Positions 41,169-50,917 of a stretch of DNA of 64,000 nt are shown here, piece after piece; within the stretch, counting starts at the first letter, position 1, and the number at the start of each line of letters is the position of its first letter. The stretch is from positions 13,867-77,866 of the forward strand of contig JAJDCA010000044.1 in the NCBI GenBank assembly GCA_029261055.1, in the 5' to 3' direction. The notes beneath the pieces were generated by a model. It was not told the DNA's origin and did no database searches. It saw only the letters and a list, made by a program, of their open reading frames with translations. The translations under genes were made by a program, and so were the position numbers. Origin of the DNA: Candidatus Omnitrophota bacterium (GTDB taxonomy: Bacteria > Omnitrophota > Gorgyraeia > Zapsychrales > Zapsychraceae).

Positions 41169-43745
41169 ATGAAAAAACTCATTATATTTTCCAGTCTTGT
41201 CATCATCCTCGTTCTTCTTGCCGAAGCCAAGCGCGAAAATTTGAGCATGGATTGGCAAAAATATCAGAAGCAATACCGCAGTGAATTACTTCAATTAGCT
41301 GAAACACCTCAAGAAAAACAAATCGCCAAACAATATGCAATTCAAATGCGTCAGATTGTTCTTCCGGAACAAAATAAAGTGGATCGCTGTACGATTTGCC
41401 ATGTCGGTGTAGAAGACGGACGTATGGCCGATAAACCTAATCCACTTAAAACACATCCGGGCAATTATTTGGAAGTTCATGAAGTAGAAAAAACTGGATG
41501 TACCATTTGTCATGACGGACAGGGACGGGCGATTACCTTTGCTGAATCCAAAGCCCATGCTGAAGATAAATTTTGGGAAAAACCTGTTTTAAATAAACCC
41601 TTTGTGGAAGCAAATTGTTACCGTTGTCATCAAAATACGCTGGCCGCCACGCCGAATTATAATCACGGAAAAGAGTTGTTTGACACGAACGGATGTTTAG
41701 GGTGCCATCAAATTAATGGGAAAGGCGGCATCAAAGGACCGGATCTTTCTAATTTAGGTAATGCCAATTTTCACGTCAAAATGCCGACAGATCATAACCG
41801 TCATGACCTTTTACACAAATTCGACGAAAATGTTAATTTGGCCTATATTTATGAAGCCGTAAAAGATCCGCATGCCCAGCCGCTTGATTCCGCCATGGTC
41901 GATTATAAATTTACAGATGAAGATTCAATTGCTTTAACGGTGTATTTAAAAAGTTTATTAGATGATAGCGTACCTAAAGATTTATTAGCCACACGTAAAC
42001 CCCAAACACCTCTGACACCTTTACAACATGGCCAGCAATTATATGGCATGTATTGCATAGCCTGTCACGGGGAGGAAGGTAAAGGCACACATTTAAACGA
42101 ACTTAGTAAAATCGGACCGGCGATCGGTAACACCGAATTTTTGGCGATTGCAGATGATAAGTTAATCAATCATGTCATCAGTTTTTCAAGGGGTGGTGAA
42201 ATGCCGCCATTTAAAAAGAGTGGAGGACTGACAACCGAAGAAATTGCTCATATTACGGAATACATTTTATCTTTGAAAAAAACGCCGCCTTCGTTTGAAG
42301 AAGTCAGCACCGTTGAAGGAAATGCAAAATACGGCGCAGCTTTTTTTGCTACCAATTGTGCCAGCTGTCACGGTGCCGATGCCAATTTTGAACAAGACCT
42401 TGTTGGTCCCACATTAAATAATCCAACCCTTTTAGGTTTAGCCACGAAAGAATTTTGGTATGACACTATTGTCAACGGTCGCCTCGGCACCGCCATGCCT
42501 TCATGGCATTTTTTAAATAAAACCCAAATTGCCGATGCGATTGCTTACCTTGAATCTCTCAAGCCTGAGCCACTTGATACAAAGAAGGTATTGGCCTTAA
42601 TACAAAAAGGGGCTTCACTGGAAAACGGGGAAAAACTTTACAAAGGAAATTGTTCAAGTTGTCACGGTTTATCCGGTGAAGGCGGTTTAGCCCCAAGCCT
42701 TAACAATAAAGAATTCCACCAAATTACCGATGCGAAATTTATTTTAAAGGTCTTAATCGAAGGCCGCGAAGGTACAGCCATGCCGAGCTGGAACCATTTA
42801 CCCGAAGAAAATGTGGCTGACCTGATTGCTTACATTAAATCATGGCAGGTGGGTGATTCTGTTGAATTGTCGAACGAGCGTATCATCAGCTCGGAGATAC
42901 AAGGAAAAGCCTTGTTTCAAGAATCGTGTCAAAAGTGTCACATGGTGGGGCGGGGTAGTGTAGTGGCACCGGCTATTTTTTCCAAAGGATTTCTCCGACA
43001 GGCGAGCGATCAGTACATAAAGCACAGCATCATGTATGGACGCGGGCACACCGCCATGCCGCCGGCCTTAGTCGGTACAAGCGGTGTGGTTGAGTTAACA
43101 GATGAAGAAATCAATTCCATGGTGGCCTACATCCGTTCATTTGAAAAATTCCCGGTTGAACTTAAAGGGATGTCCATGTACTACGGTAACAATGCTGAAG
43201 GAAAAGAATTGTTCGGTCGCAGTTGTGCGCAATGTCACGGAGATCATGGTGAAGGCGGCGTTGGTCCGGCGATTGGGAAAAAAGGATTTTTGGATAGTGT
43301 TTCCGACGGATTTATTTATGCGATGTTGCGCATAGGACGTCCAGGATCTGAAATGAAACCATTCCCGCCTCACGGAGATGGTTTTAGTAATTTAAGTGAT
43401 ACTGAAGCTTCCGATATTATCAGCTTTTTGCGATCTAATATTTCTAACGCCGAGAAACATACGAAAAAGGTTAGAGGTTATGCCCAGAGAGGTAAAGAAT
43501 TTTTTGCTGCGTATTGTGCGCAATGTCATGGAATAAATGGACAAGGTGGCATCGCTCCTGATTTGAATAATAAGAATTTTATGGACTCTGTGTCCGATAG
43601 TTATTTACAAGCAACGATGTCATTGGGACGACACGGCACTCAAATGAAACCCATGATGAAAGGTGGAAGCGGGGTTGTTGAACTTTCATCACAGGAAGTT
43701 AATAATATTATTAGTTATTTGCGATCATTGATCGAAATAGAATAG
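41169..43745 (+). CDS. Membrane-anchored decaheme c-type cytochrome
   Basis: 10 CxxCH motifs; the C-terminal six lie in tandem class I domains with G--MP/MK distal Met loops. Confidence 0.9.
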   Translation: MKKLIIFSSLVIILVLLAEAKRENLSMDWQKYQKQYRSELLQLAETPQEKQIAKQYAIQMRQIVLPEQNKVDRCTICHVGVEDGRMADKPNPLKTHPGNYLEVHEVEKTGCTICHDGQGRAITFAESKAHAEDKFWEKPVLNKPFVEANCYRCHQNTLAATPNYNHGKELFDTNGCLGCHQINGKGGIKGPDLSNLGNANFHVKMPTDHNRHDLLHKFDENVNLAYIYEAVKDPHAQPLDSAMVDYKFTDEDSIALTVYLKSLLDDSVPKDLLATRKPQTPLTPLQHGQQLYGMYCIACHGEEGKGTHLNELSKIGPAIGNTEFLAIADDKLINHVISFSRGGEMPPFKKSGGLTTEEIAHITEYILSLKKTPPSFEEVSTVEGNAKYGAAFFATNCASCHGADANFEQDLVGPTLNNPTLLGLATKEFWYDTIVNGRLGTAMPSWHFLNKTQIADAIAYLESLKPEPLDTKKVLALIQKGASLENGEKLYKGNCSSCHGLSGEGGLAPSLNNKEFHQITDAKFILKVLIEGREGTAMPSWNHLPEENVADLIAYIKSWQVGDSVELSNERIISSEIQGKALFQESCQKCHMVGRGSVVAPAIFSKGFLRQASDQYIKHSIMYGRGHTAMPPALVGTSGVVELTDEEINSMVAYIRSFEKFPVELKGMSMYYGNNAEGKELFGRSCAQCHGDHGEGGVGPAIGKKGFLDSVSDGFIYAMLRIGRPGSEMKPFPPHGDGFSNLSDTEASDIISFLRSNISNAEKHTKKVRGYAQRGKEFFAAYCAQCHGINGQGGIAPDLNNKNFMDSVSDSYLQATMSLGRHGTQMKPMMKGGSGVVELSSQEVNNIISYLRSLIEIE

Positions 43746-43754
43746 GAGATTATT

Positions 43755-46421
43755 ATGCCAAAATCTAAGGGATCTATAACACGAAGAAATTTTTTGAAAG
43801 GAACTGTCGCTGGCGCAGCCGCGTTAGGCATGTCGGATACATTGTTTAGCCCGACTAAGGTCATGGCCGAGGAATTAGGCCTTGTTAATAAAGTTATCGA
43901 GATGCCGGCACAATGTCCCTATTGTGGCGTCGGGTGTGGCTCCATTATTAAATTTGATCAAAAATCTGCAAAGATTATCGGCGTTGTCCCGGATAAACAA
44001 CATCCAACCAATAAAGGCGTGCAATGCATTAAAGGATTAAATGCCGACGAACCAACTTATGTTGATCGACTTAAAAAAGTCTTAGTACGAAAAGATATGA
44101 GTGATCCTTTAAGAGGGTATGTATCTAAATCTAAAGGTAGCTTTGATGACAAAGATTTTCATGAAGTTTCTTTTGAAGAAGCCGAAGAATTGGTCGCCCA
44201 TAAAATGGGGGAAATTTACAAAGCACATGGTGGCAACAGTATTGGATTATACGGTTCAGGCCAATTGACCGTTGAAGCGCAGTGGATCGAAAACAAACTC
44301 GTTAAAGGTGTTTTAGGTTCCAACTCCATTGAAGCGAATGCCCGTATGTGTATGACGTCGGCTGTAACGGGCTATTTTGCAACCTTAGGCAGTGACACCC
44401 CACCACTTTCGTATGACGATATTGAAATGTCGGATATGATTACCTTCTGGGGGCACAATCCTCGAGGAGCTCACCCGATTGTCTTTTGGCGTGTGGCAGA
44501 TCATAAAAAATCTAAAGACATCCCAACCGTTGTGTCTGATCCCAGAAGAACAGGATCTGTGCAAGCTTTAGAAGGCATTAATCCACGGAATAGTTTTCAT
44601 TTTCAAAGTATCAACGGTGATATTTCGATTTTAAACGCCATCGGCCATGTTCTCATTAAAGATCATGAAGATATTATTGATTATCCTTTCTTAAAAGAAC
44701 ATGTAACAGGTTGGCAAAAATACGTGAAGATGGTCACAGAAGAATACTCTCCGGAACAAGTACAAGATCGTTCAATGGTAGATCCGCAGCTTATACGCAC
44801 GGTCGCCGCTCAATGGGCAGATGCGACGCGTAAACGCAAACGCCGTGGAACTGGTGGCGTCATTTCTTTCTGGGGTATTGGTTATAATCAACATCTGCAT
44901 GGACAGCATAATGTCATTAGCCTTATTAATCTCCATGCCTTAACAGGCAATATTGCTAAGCCGGGATGTGGTCCATTCTCCATGACAGGACAACCAAATG
45001 CCATGGGTGAACGACTTATGGGGGGATTAACAGGACGCCTTCCTTTTAATATCGGCATAGAGAATGAAAAACATCGTGATTGGATTGGAAAAATTTGGAA
45101 TGTTCCCAAAGAACGTATGGACAAAATGGCGATGGAGAAAAATCCTGGAATGATGATCGGTTTATTTGAACGAGCAATGAAAGGTGATGTAAAGGGTATG
45201 TTTTATATGTACACAACCCATATTCATCAACCGGATCTGAATACATTGATTCGACCTGCTCTTTCTAAATTATTTCTTGTTGTCCAAGATATTTACCGGC
45301 ATGCCCCGAATAACCTTTATGGCGATGTCATCTTTCCAGCTTTGACCTGGGGTGAATGGCAGGGGGGAACATACATTAGTTCAGAAAGACGATTTAACGT
45401 CGTTGACGGTATTGGAAAAGGTGCACCCGGACTTGAAAATTGTGTTCCTGATCTTGATTTGGCCATTGATAAAGGAAAAAAATTGGCCAATATAGTCGGT
45501 TTAGACGGCGATAAAATTTTCCCTTATAAAAAGAAAAAATTTCATCCAGATGGGCCCATGCTTTATGATTCTGAAGAAGTGTTTGAAGAAATCATACGAG
45601 GTTCTAAGGGAACGGATGCTGATTTAACAGGTATGTTAGAAGTGCGCGATCGTGACGGTATCGGCCTTTATGAGCAACTTCGTCGTTTAAGAGGCATGCA
45701 ATGGCCGGCGCCAACCTATGAAATAGCCAAACAAGGCGGCGTTAAACGACGCTATATGGGGCAAGAAGGATGGAAAGATAAAACATATGGTATGTTTCGG
45801 CATAAGGACGGTAAGTTGCATATGAAAGCTTGCCAACAGGATTATTCTAAAAGAAAAGAAGTTACGGCTGAATTAGAAAAATTTGGAACAGTAGAAGGTT
45901 ATTATACCATTGATCATCCGGAAGTATTAACCAAGGCGCGCGATATGGCCCTCACACCGGAGATGCCGGATTCTGAAGATCTTGGAAAACATTGGAAAGA
46001 AATCCCGAAAAATAAATACCCGTTCTGGCTTGGTTTAGGAATCGTGTATGAACATTTTCATACAGCCAAAACGATTCGCGGCGCAACCACTCGACGTTTG
46101 GTACCGGAACAGTATGTAGAAATGCATCCGGATGACGCCGAAGAAAATGGTCTGCGTGATGGAGATCAAATAAAGGTTATTACACGACGGGGCGAATATC
46201 AAGGGCGTGTCAGTGTCGGGGGGTATCGTAGTAAAGTCAAGCCGGCACGAAATGAAGTGCCGAAAGGATACATTTTTTCTCCATGGAATTTATCTGTGGC
46301 GGATTCGGCAGATCCGAAAAAAAATAAATGGTTAGTTAATGCCGTTTCTCACAGAGCCTATGATCCTGTTTCCGGTCAAGCTGACTTCAAAAAACTTGCG
46401 GCTCGGATTGAAAAGATTTAA
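43755..46421 (+). CDS. Tat-exported Nas/Nap-family molybdoenzyme (divergent nitrate reductase-like)
   Basis: TRRNFLK; CPYCGVGC...CIKG; YGSGQ; NARMCMTSA; TGQPNAMG; DPVSGQADFK. Confidence 0.85.
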   Translation: MPKSKGSITRRNFLKGTVAGAAALGMSDTLFSPTKVMAEELGLVNKVIEMPAQCPYCGVGCGSIIKFDQKSAKIIGVVPDKQHPTNKGVQCIKGLNADEPTYVDRLKKVLVRKDMSDPLRGYVSKSKGSFDDKDFHEVSFEEAEELVAHKMGEIYKAHGGNSIGLYGSGQLTVEAQWIENKLVKGVLGSNSIEANARMCMTSAVTGYFATLGSDTPPLSYDDIEMSDMITFWGHNPRGAHPIVFWRVADHKKSKDIPTVVSDPRRTGSVQALEGINPRNSFHFQSINGDISILNAIGHVLIKDHEDIIDYPFLKEHVTGWQKYVKMVTEEYSPEQVQDRSMVDPQLIRTVAAQWADATRKRKRRGTGGVISFWGIGYNQHLHGQHNVISLINLHALTGNIAKPGCGPFSMTGQPNAMGERLMGGLTGRLPFNIGIENEKHRDWIGKIWNVPKERMDKMAMEKNPGMMIGLFERAMKGDVKGMFYMYTTHIHQPDLNTLIRPALSKLFLVVQDIYRHAPNNLYGDVIFPALTWGEWQGGTYISSERRFNVVDGIGKGAPGLENCVPDLDLAIDKGKKLANIVGLDGDKIFPYKKKKFHPDGPMLYDSEEVFEEIIRGSKGTDADLTGMLEVRDRDGIGLYEQLRRLRGMQWPAPTYEIAKQGGVKRRYMGQEGWKDKTYGMFRHKDGKLHMKACQQDYSKRKEVTAELEKFGTVEGYYTIDHPEVLTKARDMALTPEMPDSEDLGKHWKEIPKNKYPFWLGLGIVYEHFHTAKTIRGATTRRLVPEQYVEMHPDDAEENGLRDGDQIKVITRRGEYQGRVSVGGYRSKVKPARNEVPKGYIFSPWNLSVADSADPKKNKWLVNAVSHRAYDPVSGQADFKKLAARIEKI

Positions 46422-46430
46422 AATACAAAA

Positions 46431-46494
46431 CTAAAGACCGTAAAGCTCAGACTTTAGACCAAGGATTAATTTAAAATCTTTGGTCTTTTGTCTA
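46431..46494. repeat. Heptamer-periodic imperfect inverted repeat (agac/gtct)
   Basis: taaagac..ctcagac tttagac caagga / tctttggtc ttttgtc ta. Confidence 0.45.
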
Positions 46495-46583
46495 TGCAAG
46501 AAAATCGCCTTTGTCGATAACCTGAAGGCGTATTTTTGGTGCCGATAGGAAAGTTTTATACTTTCCTATACGGGCAAAAAATT

Positions 46584-47171
46584 ATGATCAGAAGAAATTT
46601 TATTAAACGCACCTTAATATTTTTTGCCGCGAGTACTCTTTATTCACTCATGGGAAACCATGTGGTCTTTGGAAAAACCAGAAAAATATTCAAGAAATAT
46701 TTACGCCCCCCCGGAGCTCTTCCTGAAAAAGATTTTTTAGCGACGTGTATTAATTGTCATCGTTGCGGACAAGCCTGCCCCAGCGATTGTATTCAGTACA
46801 TTAATGATCCATTAAATCCTTCAATGCACGACACGCCCTACATTAATCCACGACAGAAGGCTTGTATTCTTTGCATGAAATGCACACAAGCCTGCCCGTC
46901 AGGATCTTTACAACGTATTGATAATGATGATTCCGATTCTATTCACAAACACGTAAAAATGGGAATTGCGGTTGTGGATACAAATATTTGCAATTCTTAC
47001 AATGGATATTCCTGCGGCGTATGTATCCGGGCTTGTCCTTTAGGAGAAGAAACTTTAAAAACAGGCAACTGGGAACGTCCAATCGTTAACCCTGATAACT
47101 GTGTTGGCTGCGGGCTTTGTGAACAAAGCTGTATTCACTATCCACAGGCGATAAGGGTAGAACCGATATGA
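46584..47171 (+). CDS. NapG/MauM-like periplasmic ferredoxin
   Basis: IRRNFIK, LRPPGA, four Cys clusters; likely start 46584. Confidence 0.82.
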   Translation: MIRRNFIKRTLIFFAASTLYSLMGNHVVFGKTRKIFKKYLRPPGALPEKDFLATCINCHRCGQACPSDCIQYINDPLNPSMHDTPYINPRQKACILCMKCTQACPSGSLQRIDNDDSDSIHKHVKMGIAVVDTNICNSYNGYSCGVCIRACPLGEETLKTGNWERPIVNPDNCVGCGLCEQSCIHYPQAIRVEPI

Positions 47172-48598
47172 TCACAAAATTTCGACGACTAATTCAATGG
47201 AGTATTTTCTTAGGCATCATCCTCATTACTGTCTTAAATTATTACGAAAACCAAAAAGTAAAATATGGAGGAGAGTTGGTTATTCAAGAATCACCCATTT
47301 TACGGACTGTAGATAAAATTTTTGGGCAGCTTGAAAACCGCACAAAAATTGTCACTTTTTTACAAGGGGATGTTTGGTCGTTTCAAATAGGCTCTATTAA
47401 AATTACGGATCCATTGGCCTTTATTGGCAATATCAGTCGCACCAAAGCTATCTATTGGCCACTTTTTTTAGCCGCTTTAATCCCGATCATTCTGACAATT
47501 CTTTTAGGAAAAGTGTTTTGTAGTTGGATTTGTCCGATGGGACTTTTGTTTGAATTAAATGCAAAATTACGCACCGTGTTACAAAAATTCGCTTTACCGT
47601 TAGGTAATTTTACATTGCCTCCTTGGTGCAAATATATTGTATTAGGCGGTGGAATTTTTACAGGGCTTGTTTGGGGTGCCCATTATTTCTTTCTGATTTA
47701 TCCCCCCAAAATTATTTCCGGTGAAATTTATTTTAGTGTCATTAAATCTTCATTAGGATATGGCGTTGCATTTCTTTTTCTGCTTTTAGCGATTGAATTA
47801 TTTCTTGCCCCACGATTTTGGTGTCGTTCGCTTTGTCCCGGAGGGGCATTGTACACCTTATTGAGTCAATTTCGCTTTTTACGCATTAAAAACGATTTAA
47901 ATCGCTGCACAAACTGCGGCATTTGCGATACCTTGTGCCCATATGACATCACCCCGTCCAAAGGAAAATTATCATTGGAATGTGATCATTGTTCTCTATG
48001 TATTACTAAATGCCCAGTCAAAAGCCTTTCTTTTAAGATGCCCAACCGTACACACACCCCCGGGGTGTGTATATGGTTAATCTTAACCATGTGTCTTTTT
48101 TTCAATGCGACAACGGCATCAGCGCATCATATCCGCGGATTACCACATTATGGATATTCTGAAAATTATCCGCAGACGCCAACGTATGAAGAAATTCGTG
48201 TGGTTGATGATTGGAAAGTTAATTTTTCATATATAAAAATTTTTGAAACCAAAAATTGTGATTTAGCTGTTTATTTAAAAAATACAAAAACCGGGAAACC
48301 ATATGCTGGAAAAATTCGGTTTAAAGTTTTTGGCGAAAGGGAAGACCCTGAAGCTTCGCCTTATTATGATACGCATTTTGATCCAACCAATACGTTCCGC
48401 GTAGGATGGGCTTATGAATTGGATGGTGTTTACATTGTGAGAGCCCAATTTTTTGATGAAGGCAAAGAGTATATTGAAGATTTTCGTATGCAAATAGGCA
48501 AAGTTGGATTTAATCCGTTATGGTGGGCTATTCCAGGAATATTTGTTTTAATTTTAATCATATTAATTGCTGTGAAACAACGGAGGAGCTCTAAATGA
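47168..48598 (+). CDS. NapH/MauN-like membrane polyferredoxin fused to an unknown C-terminal domain
   Basis: DPLA, FCSWICPMG, WCRSLCPGG, two CxxCxxCxxxCP motifs; extra ~185 aa starting ...ASAHHIRGLPHYGY. Confidence 0.8.
   Translation: MITKFRRLIQWSIFLGIILITVLNYYENQKVKYGGELVIQESPILRTVDKIFGQLENRTKIVTFLQGDVWSFQIGSIKITDPLAFIGNISRTKAIYWPLFLAALIPIILTILLGKVFCSWICPMGLLFELNAKLRTVLQKFALPLGNFTLPPWCKYIVLGGGIFTGLVWGAHYFFLIYPPKIISGEIYFSVIKSSLGYGVAFLFLLLAIELFLAPRFWCRSLCPGGALYTLLSQFRFLRIKNDLNRCTNCGICDTLCPYDITPSKGKLSLECDHCSLCITKCPVKSLSFKMPNRTHTPGVCIWLILTMCLFFNATTASAHHIRGLPHYGYSENYPQTPTYEEIRVVDDWKVNFSYIKIFETKNCDLAVYLKNTKTGKPYAGKIRFKVFGEREDPEASPYYDTHFDPTNTFRVGWAYELDGVYIVRAQFFDEGKEYIEDFRMQIGKVGFNPLWWAIPGIFVLILIILIAVKQRRSSK
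48052..48070. repeat. Palindrome at the NapH fusion junction
   Basis: acacacccc-c-ggggtgtgt. Confidence 0.65.
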
Positions 48599-50121
48599 TT
48601 ATGTCGGGTTTACCAAAGTGGTTATTTTTTACAAGTATTGCGCTTGTGTTGATGATTTCATTTATCCTGGTAGAGTGGTTAAACCGATCCAATCGTAAGG
48701 CCAAGCCCTATCCTAAGTTTAACATTCTTTCCATTCCCGGCGTCAAGGCTTGTGTGAAGGCCCCATTTTTTAAATTCCTTTTTCAATTTCCTGTATTTTT
48801 AATTTTCTGCCTTATTATTTATGCCGGTATTTACGGACATGCCGTGATTAATATTGCCCCTGTATTGACTTGGACCATATGGTGGGCAGGACTCATTTTT
48901 CTAATTTTATTTTTTGGTAAGGCCTGGTGTTTTGTGTGTCCCTGGGATTTTGTCGCGACTCTTTTTCAATATTTAAAACCATTCGGTGTCAGCAAAAAAC
49001 CTTTTACATTGGGATATAAATGGCCAAGGTGGCTGAAGAATATTTATTTGGCTATTGGATTATTCGTTCTCTTAACATGGTTTGAGCTAGGATATCATGT
49101 GACGGCCTCACCACGCTTTACAGCAATATTAGCGATTGTCATTGTTTTTCTCTCCGTCATTCCGGCTTTAATTTTCGAAAAACGTTCTTTTTGTAAATAC
49201 GGGTGCCTCATTGGACGCATTTCAGGATTGTATGCCATGTTTTCACCTGTGGAAGTGCGCAGTGCAGACTTGGATGTATGTACAAAATGCAAGACAAAAG
49301 ATTGTTATACCGGAAATGATAAAGGTAATGCTTGCCCAACATCACTTGTGATTCCTCAAATCAAAGAAAATACCTATTGTATTTTATGTACAGAATGTGT
49401 CAAAAGTTGTCCGCACGATAATGTCGCCATTAATGTACGCCCCTTTGCAACGGATTTGAAAAATTTTACAAAAGTAAAAAGTGATGAAGCCATACTGGCC
49501 ATTATTCTTTTGGCCTTAACATCCTTTCATGGACTCACCATGACCCCACTGTGGGATTCACCGACAGGTAATTCAATAATCCATTCTATACGTTCCATCA
49601 CAGGATTTGGACCATTAGGGGCCTTTACATTAGGCATGTTTTGTGTGAATGCAGCGTTAGGTTTATTTTATTATCTAATCGCCTTAATTACACAACGATT
49701 TGTCGGAGAGCCGCAGGTTTCAACTAAAAAAGTTTTTTTGTATTACGCCTATTCTTTGCTACCCATTGCTTTGTTTTATCACTTAGCGCATAATGCCATG
49801 CATGTATTCATGGAGGGGCAAGTTGTCGTCCCCTTAATTTCGGATCCATTAGGGCAGGGTAATAATTTCTTTGGCACGGCGCAATGGTATTTGGCACCGC
49901 TGTTATCACACAGCAGCATTTGGTATCTGCAGGTGGGACTTGTCCTCATCGGACATATTTTTGGTATTATTATCGCGCATCATGTTTCACGAAAACTTTA
50001 TTCTGATCGCAGGGCCGCCATACGATCATTAGTTCCTATGCTCATCGGCATGATTTTTTACTCATTTCTTTCCTTATGGATTATGCATTTGGATATGAAT
50101 ATGCGGAGTAGTTTGATGTGA
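48595..50121 (+). CDS. Membrane 4Fe-4S protein (NapH/NosR/CcoG superfamily)
   Basis: WTIWW, WCFVCPW, FCKYGC, CxxCxxxxC, CILCTECVKSCP, YHLAHN. Confidence 0.75.
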   Translation: MIMSGLPKWLFFTSIALVLMISFILVEWLNRSNRKAKPYPKFNILSIPGVKACVKAPFFKFLFQFPVFLIFCLIIYAGIYGHAVINIAPVLTWTIWWAGLIFLILFFGKAWCFVCPWDFVATLFQYLKPFGVSKKPFTLGYKWPRWLKNIYLAIGLFVLLTWFELGYHVTASPRFTAILAIVIVFLSVIPALIFEKRSFCKYGCLIGRISGLYAMFSPVEVRSADLDVCTKCKTKDCYTGNDKGNACPTSLVIPQIKENTYCILCTECVKSCPHDNVAINVRPFATDLKNFTKVKSDEAILAIILLALTSFHGLTMTPLWDSPTGNSIIHSIRSITGFGPLGAFTLGMFCVNAALGLFYYLIALITQRFVGEPQVSTKKVFLYYAYSLLPIALFYHLAHNAMHVFMEGQVVVPLISDPLGQGNNFFGTAQWYLAPLLSHSSIWYLQVGLVLIGHIFGIIIAHHVSRKLYSDRRAAIRSLVPMLIGMIFYSFLSLWIMHLDMNMRSSLM

Positions 50122-50705
50122 CCAAAGAAAACCTTTCCCGACGAGATTTTTTTAAAAAAGGATTAAAGTCGTTGGCTCAAGGCGCCAAGGAAACCGCCAC
50201 GATTTTATATTCATCGGAAGAACCCATTACGCCCAGCCGAACTCTTGTACGCCCTCCCGGAGCATTACCTGAAAAAGAATTTCTTGAAAAATGCACACGA
50301 TGTAATGAATGTGTGAAAGTCTGTCCTGAAGAATCCATTATGAAATTTGTCGGCGAAGAATCGCCCCTGCATTTAACACCCATGCTTTCCGTGCGTAAAT
50401 CACCGTGTGTGCTTTGTGAAGATTTTCCGTGTATCAAAGTATGCGAACCCGAAGCCTTAGTGATGCCGGCTGCACGTGAAGAAGTAAAAATGGGCATAGC
50501 GGTGATTAATGAAAAACTTTGTTATGCCTGGCAAGGGGGCCAAGATTGTGATTACTGTATTAAAGAATGCCCCATAGGAGAAAAAGCTATTTATTTTGAT
50601 GAAGTACGCCGGCCGCATGTATCGTCGGAACATTGTACTGGCTGCGGATGCTGTGAATATATTTGTCCCAGTCGTCAACCGGCGATTGTTGTCGGCACGC
50701 GTTAA
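50118..50705 (+). CDS. NapF/MauM-like ferredoxin
   Basis: SRRDFFK without a good hydrophobic region, RPPGA, four Cys clusters. Confidence 0.78.
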   Translation: MTKENLSRRDFFKKGLKSLAQGAKETATILYSSEEPITPSRTLVRPPGALPEKEFLEKCTRCNECVKVCPEESIMKFVGEESPLHLTPMLSVRKSPCVLCEDFPCIKVCEPEALVMPAAREEVKMGIAVINEKLCYAWQGGQDCDYCIKECPIGEKAIYFDEVRRPHVSSEHCTGCGCCEYICPSRQPAIVVGTR

Positions 50706-50789
50706 AAAATTTATTATATTTTTCTTGTATTGCTATAAAACTATGGCACCATACGAATATTCAATTAACTAATATCCAATCAAGGGTAT

Positions 50790-50849
50790 GAACCTCAGGG
50801 CAAGCCCTGGACCCTATCAGTCGCAGCGAGCTGCGGGGTATTAAACCCG
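50790..50849. repeat. Degenerate IS200/IS605- or REP-like palindromic remnant
   Basis: cagggcaagccctg and gcagcgagctgcggggtatt hairpins; no transposase. Confidence 0.4.
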
Positions 50850-50917
50850 TTTGGAATTTCGTTAAAGCATCGAAATTCCTCAATAAATTTTAAACCTTGA
50901 AAAGGGGAGGGAATTAG

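Noticed and set aside
50790-50849. Intact IS200/IS605 element
   Set aside because: Only short hairpins are present; no tnpA or tnpB
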